A stretch of DNA of 64,000 nt from a virus, in the IMG/VR virus record IMGVR_UViG_3300045999_013174. One strand, 5' to 3'. This document shows, one piece after another, positions 55,675 to 63,957 of this stretch (positions are counted from its first letter, which is position 1; the number at the start of each line of letters is the position of its first letter). The notes under the pieces were generated by a model that was not told where the DNA came from, did not search any database, and saw only the letters and a program-made list of their open reading frames with translations. The position numbers were made by a program, and so were the translations under genes.

Positions 55675-56010
55675 TTAGGAGCGCTTAAAAAAGTAAGTAC
55701 CATCGGAGCGAACATAAACGTCGTCGTCCTCGTATTCCTCTTTTGGCCATAGATAAGCAAGCACAGCGTTGCGTATAGAGGCTCTGAAATTAGCGAGGTT
55801 GCCGAACACGTAGAAAGCGATGTCGTAGGTAGAGTTGTCAGGCTCGGTTGCTTTTACTCCGGCTGTTAATACAGCCCATCCTTTAGACTTCTCGTCATGC
55901 ACCAACGAGGGGGATTCTCCCCCTGCGACAAGCGCTTGAAGCGCATCTTCGGCTGTGACCCTCTCTTTGAGAAGGCGCACGAATAAATCTGTTTTTTCGG
56001 TTCTGTTCAT
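55675..56010 (-). CDS. hypothetical protein
   Basis: 111-aa ORF, co-directional packing. Confidence 0.4.
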   Translation of the reverse strand: MNRTEKTDLFVRLLKERVTAEDALQALVAGGESPSLVHDEKSKGWAVLTAGVKATEPDNSTYDIAFYVFGNLANFRASIRNAVLAYLWPKEEYEDDDVYVRSDGTYFFKRS

Positions 56011-56020
56011 GTGTGATTAT

Positions 56021-56641
56021 TTATTTAGGGTTAAGAAGCTTGTTTGTCGTAGCGGAACAATAAAGCCCGCCGAAGAATTGATTTATAGCCTTATTAAAAA
56101 CATCCGCACCCTCTATACCCCACCCGGGGGAATTGTCGCGCTTGAGGGACTGGTAGGCTTTGTCAAAAAGGGTTATACAGGAGCGTAGCTTCATACAATC
56201 GACAAAGCCGAACATATCCAATAGCTGCTTGGAAATGTCTTTGTTTGTAAAGGTTCTGAGCATATAGGACAATAAGTCCACAAGCGCCTCCCTCAATTCA
56301 TCATCGAGAAGGTACTCTTTTGCTTCCTTCATGCCTTTAATGCCGTAGAAGCGGGATATTCTGCTTTTGCCGAGACCTCTTATCTGCGGGTACATAAACC
56401 ACATATAGCACATGCTCTTTTTCCCTGCTGCAATATCAGCTTTTGCAAATAAATGCATACCCGCGGAGGCAAGCTTAAAGCGGTCAAGCCCTACCCCTGC
56501 AACGGTGTTGAATACGTGCCTTGCTGCTTCGTAATAATCGGAGCCGCGAAGTTCCTGGGCGCCAATATACGCCTTGATGAAGACCTCAAGGTCGAGGTCG
56601 TTTTCCCTCATTAGTTTGAGGGCAAGTTCTGATTTTTCCAT
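56021..56641 (-). CDS. hypothetical protein with conserved WFMYPQIRGLGKS motif
   Basis: 206-aa ORF. The motif is reminiscent of a DUF-type family (recalled, unverified). Confidence 0.4.
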   Translation of the reverse strand: MEKSELALKLMRENDLDLEVFIKAYIGAQELRGSDYYEAARHVFNTVAGVGLDRFKLASAGMHLFAKADIAAGKKSMCYMWFMYPQIRGLGKSRISRFYGIKGMKEAKEYLLDDELREALVDLLSYMLRTFTNKDISKQLLDMFGFVDCMKLRSCITLFDKAYQSLKRDNSPGWGIEGADVFNKAINQFFGGLYCSATTNKLLNPK

Positions 56642-56664
56642 TTTTGCTCATTTTAAGGGTTTGT

Positions 56665-56746
56665 GGTCAGGACAGGACTCGAACCTGCATCAGAGGTGGC
56701 AGAGTTTACTACATCACCTTGCTTTATCCAATTACGCCACCTGACC
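56665..56746 (-). tRNA. tRNA-like gene with aberrant anticodon arm (identity undetermined)
   Basis: Minus-strand sequence GGTCAGG..AGGTG[16 nt]CACCT..GCAGGTTCGAGTCCTGT CCTGACC A. Perfect 7-bp acceptor stem, canonical GGTTCGAGTCC T-arm and a 5-bp anticodon stem, but a 16-nt anticodon loop instead of 7. Confidence 0.45.
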
Positions 56747-56824
56747 AATTCCCCGCGCTCCGTTATTTCCCAAAATCATAGCGCGGGGGATAAAGAACTA
56801 ACCGGATACCGCCGGCACGGTAAT

Positions 56825-57304
56825 CTATTCATCTGAAATATCGGGATAGTCGGGCGAAAAACGCCTGAAAGCCCTGTATTCGGTTGGAAGCATAAAGAAG
56901 CCTTTCGACCTGTGCGGGTCTGCTACCATATAAAGCACAAAGCCGTTCCCCATAAGGCCATCCTGCTCATAAGTTCTCATGTGCAGAATGGTTTCTGTAT
57001 CGGTTATTACATACCGATATGCCGACACGGCTTGCGGGGATATAACCTCATGGGTAAGAACCTTTGCTCCCGCAAGCCTTGGAGCCATGGTCTTAGACTC
57101 GGTTAAGTTAATGTATGCATGCACAAGCCAAAACGCATCATACTTTCGCAGGATATACTCAGCGCCATCGCTTAGGATAACGCCGTGATACCTCAGGTGA
57201 CGAGGATACCCTATAAAAGTCTTGGCATCTTCGTCCTGCGCTACAGCGTAGAACCGTGTTGGTATCCTCAGCTTATCCTCTTGCATGGCACAAAGATATA
57301 TCAA
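56825..57304 (-). CDS. hypothetical protein
   Basis: 159-aa ORF. Confidence 0.4.
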   Translation of the reverse strand: MIYLCAMQEDKLRIPTRFYAVAQDEDAKTFIGYPRHLRYHGVILSDGAEYILRKYDAFWLVHAYINLTESKTMAPRLAGAKVLTHEVISPQAVSAYRYVITDTETILHMRTYEQDGLMGNGFVLYMVADPHRSKGFFMLPTEYRAFRRFSPDYPDISDE

Positions 57305-57717
57305 ATTTCTAATTTACCAACATAAGTTGATTTTTTTAAGTCGACAGTCAGCTTAACCCAAACAGCTTTCTTCATTGTTTCCGTAGGAATCTTGTGGAGC
57401 ATATCGTAAATCATTTTGCAAAGCACAAGCATATTCTTCGGGGTTGCGCTATCGGTCTTCGCCATAACCTTCGTTATGTAGACGGCGCGGGGCAGCCTTC
57501 TGTCCTTGAAATAAATGTATCCATATCCCTTTGCCTTGTAGCAAATTGTACCAACCTCTATAAATTGATAGAAGGACAGGGCTGACCATGTATGGTTGGC
57601 GTACTTTCCGGGGGCATACCTAAAAGGAAGCTCGCCCTTGATTATATCAAGGGGGTCGGGGTCGGTCATGCCTTTCTTTCTGCCTCTCTTGCGGGGGGTG
57701 TCACTATCATCAAGCAT
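57301..57717 (-). CDS. hypothetical protein with basic N-terminus
   Basis: 138 aa. N-terminal PRKRGRKKG (AT-hook-like). Confidence 0.4.
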   Translation of the reverse strand: MLDDSDTPRKRGRKKGMTDPDPLDIIKGELPFRYAPGKYANHTWSALSFYQFIEVGTICYKAKGYGYIYFKDRRLPRAVYITKVMAKTDSATPKNMLVLCKMIYDMLHKIPTETMKKAVWVKLTVDLKKSTYVGKLEI

Positions 57718-57718
57718 A

Positions 57719-58126
57719 CTATTCCGTGTTGTTTTGGACGGTTAAATTAAAACGTATGTAATCAAATGCTGCTGAATAGGCTTCTTGTGGTGATTTATGT
57801 TCTCCTAATCTACTAGGTAATTCTACCATATCTCCAAAAGTATGTTGTATACAAGCATACCATATTTTTCCATTAGTATAACTGTAAACCCAAATACCAT
57901 GATTAACTCTTAACCACTGAACAACTTGATGTTGTTCGGGGGCAATGAGAAGATTTGTAGTATTATAGTATCCTCCATCTTCTTTAATCCATTTATTTGT
58001 AACAGAAGCTCTTTTAAGCTTCTTGTTTGTATCGTAACAGTGATTACAGTAGTCTGAATCAAATCCATTTTCAAACAACCACTTGGCTTGTTCAAAGGTT
58101 ACGTATGTTGGTTCGACTGTTTTCAT
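57719..58126 (-). CDS. hypothetical protein
   Basis: 135-aa ORF. Confidence 0.4.
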   Translation of the reverse strand: MKTVEPTYVTFEQAKWLFENGFDSDYCNHCYDTNKKLKRASVTNKWIKEDGGYYNTTNLLIAPEQHQVVQWLRVNHGIWVYSYTNGKIWYACIQHTFGDMVELPSRLGEHKSPQEAYSAAFDYIRFNLTVQNNTE

Positions 58127-58806
58127 AGTATTTTGGTTATTTTTATTTTACCGTTGGTGAGTTTGGGTTGTTGTATCTCAGGGTGCTTACAACCTTCATA
58201 TTTTTGACAACCAAATAAAATACAATCTTCACTTCCGCAAAACTTTTCAATTTCTACCTCCCAACACTTAGGTTGAGATAGAGATTGAGCAAACATTTCT
58301 ACTATTTTATCAGGAGTAGTACGATGAACTATTTGAGCTTCTTCTAAAGGTTTAGTTGGGCCGTAAGACTTTTTTAACCAGTAGTAAAATTTTAACATAT
58401 CCTCCTCGGTAAACCTTCTGTCAGACAGGAGTTCGAGGGCTTTTTGGAAGCCTGCAATATAATTTTTAACCTGATAAAAGCCTTCTCTATCGTAAATTTT
58501 ACTTGGCATTTCTCCAAAATAATCATTATGATGCAGTGCCAATTTCTCAATATCAATCCACCCAATCTCTCTCAGTTTCTCTTCGGGAATGTCATCGGAG
58601 AAGGTTAGTTGGTGTTGTTGGGCTATTATTTTTTTGGTATTTTTAGCCCAATAAGAGTCATCAGCAGTTCTCAAACATTTAACAATATAAAGCTGATTAT
58701 TATAACCGGGACTACCTTCTAAATCAAAACATAAATCATCTTTTATAGGTTTTTCATCAGAAGTAACAATAAACCCTTCGGGTAACTTGTGTAAGTGCGT
58801 TTTCAT
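58123..58806 (-). CDS. hypothetical protein
   Basis: ORF track extends to 58872, which would run into the terminator hairpin of the upstream gene. ATG at 58806 (MKTHLHKL..) preferred. Confidence 0.4.
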   Translation of the reverse strand: MKTHLHKLPEGFIVTSDEKPIKDDLCFDLEGSPGYNNQLYIVKCLRTADDSYWAKNTKKIIAQQHQLTFSDDIPEEKLREIGWIDIEKLALHHNDYFGEMPSKIYDREGFYQVKNYIAGFQKALELLSDRRFTEEDMLKFYYWLKKSYGPTKPLEEAQIVHRTTPDKIVEMFAQSLSQPKCWEVEIEKFCGSEDCILFGCQKYEGCKHPEIQQPKLTNGKIKITKIL

Positions 58807-58837
58807 TTCGTAAAGTTTTGAGTCGTTGTTCGGGTTA

Positions 58838-58880
58838 AAAAGAAAAAGCCCGGCTGTGACACGAATACACAAGCCGGGCC
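58838..58880 (-). terminator. rho-independent terminator (minus strand)
   Basis: Minus-strand GGCCCGGCT-(loop)-AGCCGGGC followed by TTTTTCTTTTT. A second GC hairpin (58881-58911) is adjacent. Confidence 0.6.
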
Positions 58881-58936
58881 GGGCGGTCGCACCCTTTACA
58901 AACGACCGCCCTGTTTCAACCTACGTTGCAAAGATA

Positions 58937-59557
58937 TTATTTCTTATTAGCATTGTCTTCTGAATTGTACCAATTCAAGAACTGCCAAATAGCCTCAACC
59001 GTAGATTGCTTTTTGTTTGGAGTTGAGGTATTGGCTATGCTTGAAATATCGACAGCGCACCCTTCTATTTTAACCCAAGCAAAGGACTTTTCAATTTTCT
59101 CAACAACTGCCATAATGCAGTTCCAGTCTTGGGTAAACATATTCGTATGGTTAGCCTCTAACATAGTCCTAACCAAAGGGGAGTTGTTGCTATCTAAACC
59201 AAGAGGCACTCCTTCGCTGTGTGTATAAAAGCAAAAGTCAGCATCTTCGCAGGTCTTATGAAAGCCTAATAGCTCAGCGCACATACTATTGTACTTCGCC
59301 AAGTTAAAATTGGATTTTAACGAAATGCTCTTCACTGCCTCATAAAGAGGAAGCGGAATCTGAGCAAAGTCAAACCAGCCATCGTATGCTTCAAGCAGGT
59401 CTATGGCATCGTCTTTTTCAGGGTCAAAGCGCACGATGGCGCAATGCGTATTATTGATTCGCTTAGCGAGAGACTCTACAGTCTCTTTGTCGTCGTTCCA
59501 ACAGTTGTAAATTTTACACGCCTCTTTTCCAAAGAGGTAACAGGTTGTCTTGCTCAT
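58937..59557 (-). CDS. hypothetical protein with N-terminal YLFG-EA domain
   Basis: 206 aa. First ~75 aa paralogous to the entire 77-aa product of 59596-59829. Confidence 0.4.
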   Translation of the reverse strand: MSKTTCYLFGKEACKIYNCWNDDKETVESLAKRINNTHCAIVRFDPEKDDAIDLLEAYDGWFDFAQIPLPLYEAVKSISLKSNFNLAKYNSMCAELLGFHKTCEDADFCFYTHSEGVPLGLDSNNSPLVRTMLEANHTNMFTQDWNCIMAVVEKIEKSFAWVKIEGCAVDISSIANTSTPNKKQSTVEAIWQFLNWYNSEDNANKK

Positions 59558-59595
59558 GGTGTTTAGGGTTTAATGATGAATCTTATACGTAAGAT

Positions 59596-59829
59596 TCATG
59601 GTTTCAAAAGTTCGTAAAGGTCGCCTTCGATTTCAGCAAAACCACCCCAGCCACAAAATTCATTAAGGAGCATTGTTGGGTGCATTTCTGATTCATCGTA
59701 CATGAATACATAGTGTCCAGCAACCTTTATGCGCTCTGCAAGCTGCTCGAATGATTCTGTTTCATGGTCATGGTTAAGATAAACGTCCACGGCTTCGCTG
59801 CCGAAAAGGTAATAGATAGGTTCAATCAT
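59596..59829 (-). CDS. small protein, stand-alone YLFG-EA domain
   Basis: 77 aa. YYLFGSEAVDVY...LAERI...GWGGFAEI..LYE aligns to the N-terminus of the 58937-59557 product. Confidence 0.4.
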   Translation of the reverse strand: MIEPIYYLFGSEAVDVYLNHDHETESFEQLAERIKVAGHYVFMYDESEMHPTMLLNEFCGWGGFAEIEGDLYELLKP

Positions 59830-60089
59830 AACGAAGGGGTGTTAAATTTAGATTTAAGGTTCATTGCTTGGGCGACTTCGTCAATAATAAAGTTTATTTC
59901 GCCCATAATGAAGGCGTTTTGCAGAGCAGTATTAGCAACCTCAAGGGCTTGCTCTTCGGTGCAATCGTATCGGTACGATACATCTTGTGCACACCACAAA
60001 TTCTCAACGGCATAACCTGCGCGTCTTAACACGTCACGCGCGGAATCTATATCTGACTGAGTAGGCTTGTTTTGCTTGTCTCTTCTCAT
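59826..60089 (-). CDS. hypothetical protein
   Basis: 87-aa ORF, ATGA overlap with downstream gene. Confidence 0.35.
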   Translation of the reverse strand: MRRDKQNKPTQSDIDSARDVLRRAGYAVENLWCAQDVSYRYDCTEEQALEVANTALQNAFIMGEINFIIDEVAQAMNLKSKFNTPSL

Positions 60090-60109
60090 GGTAAAAGTGT
60101 AAAGGTTTG

Positions 60110-60182
60110 TAGCTTCGGCAGGAATCGAACCTGCATCTTCCGTTTAGGAAACGGACATTCTATCCATTGAACCACGAAGCCT
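60110..60182 (-). tRNA. tRNA-Arg (anticodon CCU)
   Basis: Minus strand folds by hand into a cloverleaf: AGCTTCG TG GTTC AATGGATA GAAT G TCCGT TTCCTAA ACGGA AGAT GCAGG TTCGATT CCTGC CGAAGCT A. 7-bp acceptor, D-arm, perfect 5-bp anticodon stem, loop U-U-CCU-A-A. CCA not encoded. Confidence 0.75.
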
Positions 60183-60191
60183 GAGTTTAAC

Positions 60192-60716
60192 TCAAAAGAC
60201 TGGCGTGAACACTTGTCCATTCGGAAACAACGAAGGGGTATCGCACCCGTCAGAAGGAGAGTCGCCACCCCATGAAGGGGTGGCTTTCTCAATAATCGCC
60301 ATAATGTACAGCAAATAAGAAATGCGATACACCGAAGCATTTCGCTCTATCTCCCAATTAAAACCGCAGGTTTTGGTTAAGCCTTCGATGATGGTCTGCT
60401 GTGGCTTGTCCTTCGTTAAAGAAGAAAGATGGGCGTTGTAAAACCACTCAAGGAGGCCTTGCTGAACAAGCTTAATCATAACCATACGCCGCTGATTTTC
60501 TTTGATAACAGAAAGGAACCTACTTTGAATCGAGGCTTCAGTTACAACGGTTACATTATCCCAATTTCGTTGAACATCATCATCTTTAACCAGGAGCCAT
60601 TCGAGCGATGGGTATAGGCTTAAGATGTGCGCTCTTAAATTAGCGCGAGACCCATCATTGGTCTTAAACATGGATACGGGAATCCTGTACCCTTCGGGCA
60701 AAAAGTTTTTTCTCAT
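60192..60716 (-). CDS. hypothetical protein
   Basis: 174-aa ORF between the GATase gene and tRNA-Arg. Confidence 0.4.
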   Translation of the reverse strand: MRKNFLPEGYRIPVSMFKTNDGSRANLRAHILSLYPSLEWLLVKDDDVQRNWDNVTVVTEASIQSRFLSVIKENQRRMVMIKLVQQGLLEWFYNAHLSSLTKDKPQQTIIEGLTKTCGFNWEIERNASVYRISYLLYIMAIIEKATPSWGGDSPSDGCDTPSLFPNGQVFTPVF

Positions 60717-60777
60717 AGATTGAAAAGATTAAGCCCTCCCCATAACAGGGAGGGCGAGGTTAAACATCAGGTTGGAA

Positions 60778-61923
60778 TCAGGACACCACGGGGTTGTTTA
60801 CACAACAAACCCGCTCATAGTTATCCATCGCTGTTCGCAAGATTTCAGAATCAAGCTTGTAAAAAGTATCGTTACCCTTGTTGAACTCGGTCAGGACGTG
60901 ACCTAATAGGTCTTTGTCATAGATAGCAAAGGGCAAAATTTTCGCCGAGGATAACTCTTTAGAGAAATCCTTGAGACAGGTAACAGTCTTGTCCCCAATG
61001 GTAACATTGACAGACTTAAAGTTGCTCGACTGCTTGTTGTCGGGCATGAAGTAAGTAACGCCATCAGCAATCAACTCCGCTGCTGTGCCGTAATACTCCG
61101 CTGAGCTTAAAGCTTCGGTTGCCCAGTTTTCGTATGATTCGATAACTGTTGAACCCATGATGGCAGTGTAAGCGTAGCTGCTTTTAGACATAAAGCCTAT
61201 ATCATGAAGCTTATTTTCAACCTTTATGGATAAGCCTATAACCTTGTCCTGAGTTTTGTCGGCTCCTGAAGTAGCGCCCCAATCATCCCACGCTTTTCCG
61301 TGAGATTTGCTATCGGTGCTGTATGCATTATTAACCGTGCTGCGGTCAACCATCTTACCGCCGTAGTTAATCTTAGAGCTATAGCTCTTGTATGAGGTGT
61401 TGGAGTACCAATTGTCCTGATGCCAATGACCGTCACGCTCATTCACGATAGACCATTTATGGTCTACATCGAGCATCACAAACTTAGACCAGCCTCCGAT
61501 TTCCTCAAGGAAATTGTGCACACCTTCCGAGTGTTGCCATCCATCGGGAAGCTTTGCCAAGAACTCCTCGCAAAGGAAGCGAGTATCGCTGCGGTGGTCA
61601 CGGTAAGAGTGACCTTTAAGGTCAACCATGCCGTTGTGGATAAAGGCAACCTTGTCGTTTATAACGAAGGGATGAAGGTTGTCCTTGGTAATAGTCCCGT
61701 GGGTTGAGATACGGAAGTGTAACAGGAACGGAACGTCAGGGTTCTTTTTGCGGGCTGCTTTGTAAGCTTTATAAAAAGCTGTCGCGCCCTTATCTGTTTT
61801 GAACACGTTGATTTTTGAGCCATCGCTGTAAGCGAAGCCGGCACCGTGATAATTGTTCTCGTAAGAGTTGAAGATATACTCACGCTTGATTGTGTTTTTG
61901 ATGTTGAGGATTGCAATACACAT
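60778..61923 (-). CDS. class-II glutamine amidotransferase / Ntn-hydrolase family protein
   Basis: Starts Met-Cys (MCIAIL..), the nucleophile position of Ntn/GATase-II enzymes. ..LHFRISTHGTITKDNLHPFV.. and ..AFIHNGMVD.. match the conserved H-x-R-x-(A/S)T and HNG motifs of the family. Confidence 0.6.
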   Translation of the reverse strand: MCIAILNIKNTIKREYIFNSYENNYHGAGFAYSDGSKINVFKTDKGATAFYKAYKAARKKNPDVPFLLHFRISTHGTITKDNLHPFVINDKVAFIHNGMVDLKGHSYRDHRSDTRFLCEEFLAKLPDGWQHSEGVHNFLEEIGGWSKFVMLDVDHKWSIVNERDGHWHQDNWYSNTSYKSYSSKINYGGKMVDRSTVNNAYSTDSKSHGKAWDDWGATSGADKTQDKVIGLSIKVENKLHDIGFMSKSSYAYTAIMGSTVIESYENWATEALSSAEYYGTAAELIADGVTYFMPDNKQSSNFKSVNVTIGDKTVTCLKDFSKELSSAKILPFAIYDKDLLGHVLTEFNKGNDTFYKLDSEILRTAMDNYERVCCVNNPVVS

Positions 61924-61978
61924 AAGAAAAAAGGGATTAAAGGGTTAAAAAGGAATTGAAAGTTGAAGCTGCTGCACA

Positions 61979-63865
61979 TTACTGTGCAGTAGCCATTGAT
62001 TTTGGAAGCTGCAATACAACGAAGTTGTACTTACGAGAGTTCTCGATAAAGTTCATAGCGGTCTTAAGCATAAACCGCTGCATACCTTTCTCTCCATTGC
62101 GACCCTCTACGGTACGGTAGTAAGACCGAAGGTGAGCAGATAATGTACTCTTGCGATTCGCTATAAGGCGAAGAACCTCAATCTCAGAAGCACCGTAATA
62201 CTTGGTCAAGGCAAGCTGCATTAAACGAACGCGCCACTTAAGGTCAGCCACATTGCGAACAGCATCAAAGATTCTAATCTCAAGAATCTTATCGTTCTTG
62301 GTGTACGCTGAGGAATACTTGGTAGGAGACTCTGTAAGCATCGTCAAGGACTTAGCTTCGCAGTAGGAATTACGCATACGCTCAGGATAAAGGGCGTAAA
62401 TCAGCGGGAGGAAGCCCCGTAGAGCCTGTAATAATTCACGGGAACTAACCCCAACCATTGACACATTAAAGTGTCCACCGCAGCTGTCTTCGTAATCTGC
62501 GTTCACAAGGTTCCTGACGATGCTGTTTTCCATGTCCTTATTAAAAGCGGTCAGGTCAACAAGGTCATATACAGGGCTTATAGCCTCAAATCCACCTTCG
62601 TTTAAGCTGCCGTCGTGCTCTTTACCCCAGCCCGTTTCCTTAAGAACGTAGTCGAAAGTGTTTTCCTCCTTAACGTAATTGTCCTCTTTCTCTACCTCTA
62701 CGCCAAAGCTGATTGTTGTGCTACCTGAGGTCTTATAGACCGTATCGAGTTCGCCATAGCTGGCAACCCACCTACGGGGAGGACACCAATCGTCACCATC
62801 GTATTCCAAGCCGTTGTCTTCAGCAATACTTGCTGAAATATAATACTCGTCACGATATTCAGAGAAGACGTAGTCTTCGCTGTCCATGAAGTACCCCTGT
62901 CCTCCCGACGAGTTTACAACTCCGTACTTAAGTACGTCAGAATCCTGATAGCCGTATCCTCCCGAGTACCTTCCGTTAAGGGGGACAAGGTTATACCTTT
63001 GTTTTGCCCTGTAAGGTATTGGCAAGTCATAGTTCTCAGTAACGTCGTTAACGACGCGCTCGTCATCGGCAACGAAACCTGATTCTGTTTGGATGGCGTG
63101 CTCCATAAGAGCAATTTGCCCGGCATACTCAGAATCATCGCACAGGGTAACCGTTTCATCAGAAACATGGCAGCAAGGTGTGCCGCCGTTAGAAGTTATG
63201 TACATCGCTTCGCTGAGGTATACTACCTCTTCTGCGGGAACGGATTCGCCTTGGCGTTTGCCGTCAGAGAGCATTACAAGCTCTACGTTTTCTTCTGCTT
63301 TCATTGCTGTAAAGGGATTTGGGTTTGTTATAGGGTTATTGATTCCGAAATGTTCCAGCATATTAAATGCTGTAGCAAGGCTCGATATGGCATTCTGATA
63401 GCGCGGCGCAAAGCTTGCCAGCATTACATTATGATTAGCAAACTCCCAAAAAGAACCGTCAGTAAAATCCCTGAGGATAACCTCAGGTTGATTTATCGCA
63501 TCGCGGACAAGCTGTATCCGTGACGCTGAATCACGGCAAAAATCGAAGTTTGCAATAAAATTATAAGCCGTGTAGAAAATATTAAGATTTTCAGGGCATA
63601 CGTCTTCTGAGTTAATTAGAAACTCAGCAGCCTCAATTTCATCGCGCCTCGAATTTAACATATACCAAAACCCCCGTCCTTGCGGAGTTGTCGACCATGT
63701 TAAGGCATAGTCAATCATACGGCGGAAGTCGCCATAATAACTACCGACATGACATTGTACCTTCTGCTTTAACAGGAGGTTCATAAAGCTAAACGACTCT
63801 TCAGAGGTTTGCTTTCTTTTAATGTACTCTACAAGTACATCGGTTATTAATTTTCGTTTTCTCAT
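61979..63865 (-). CDS. putative glutamine-synthetase-like amidoligase (Amidoligase_2-like), N-terminally extended
   Basis: 628 aa. C-terminal half contains ..EHDGSLNEGGFEAISPV.. and ..SCGGHFNVSM.. resembling the Glu-rich and G-x-H-v-H motifs of the GS-like amidoligase family (pattern recall). Immediately upstream of the GATase-II gene. Confidence 0.4.
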   Translation of the reverse strand: MRKRKLITDVLVEYIKRKQTSEESFSFMNLLLKQKVQCHVGSYYGDFRRMIDYALTWSTTPQGRGFWYMLNSRRDEIEAAEFLINSEDVCPENLNIFYTAYNFIANFDFCRDSASRIQLVRDAINQPEVILRDFTDGSFWEFANHNVMLASFAPRYQNAISSLATAFNMLEHFGINNPITNPNPFTAMKAEENVELVMLSDGKRQGESVPAEEVVYLSEAMYITSNGGTPCCHVSDETVTLCDDSEYAGQIALMEHAIQTESGFVADDERVVNDVTENYDLPIPYRAKQRYNLVPLNGRYSGGYGYQDSDVLKYGVVNSSGGQGYFMDSEDYVFSEYRDEYYISASIAEDNGLEYDGDDWCPPRRWVASYGELDTVYKTSGSTTISFGVEVEKEDNYVKEENTFDYVLKETGWGKEHDGSLNEGGFEAISPVYDLVDLTAFNKDMENSIVRNLVNADYEDSCGGHFNVSMVGVSSRELLQALRGFLPLIYALYPERMRNSYCEAKSLTMLTESPTKYSSAYTKNDKILEIRIFDAVRNVADLKWRVRLMQLALTKYYGASEIEVLRLIANRKSTLSAHLRSYYRTVEGRNGEKGMQRFMLKTAMNFIENSRKYNFVVLQLPKSMATAQ

Positions 63866-63891
63866 TTGTAGAGGGTTTGGTTTGGGGCTTG

Positions 63892-63957
63892 TCTGAGAAT
63901 CTCTACTCTCTCTAATCCTGAGAATCTCCCCTCGAAAGAAATCGGGGAGTTCTCAGG
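63892..63957. repeat. direct and inverted repeat cluster upstream of the amidoligase gene
   Basis: TCTGAGAATCTC (63892-63903) repeated as CCTGAGAATCTCCCC (63917-63931), which is palindromic with GGGGAGTTCTCAGG (63944-63957). Confidence 0.4.

Noticed and set aside
56752-56789. CCCCGCGCT-(20 nt)-AGCGCGGGG hairpin between gene 56825-57304 and the tRNA-like gene
   Set aside because: It is a strong stem, but no U-tract follows on the transcribed strand, so it is not a confident intrinsic terminator. It may be an RNA processing or structural element. Left as unassigned.
60266-60286. Perfect 8-bp hairpin GCCACCCC-atgaa-GGGGTGGC next to tRNA-Arg
   Set aside because: It lies inside the C-terminal coding region of 60192-60716 (encodes ..ATPSWGGD..), so it is probably a coding coincidence rather than a terminator or att core. 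A dual role cannot be excluded.
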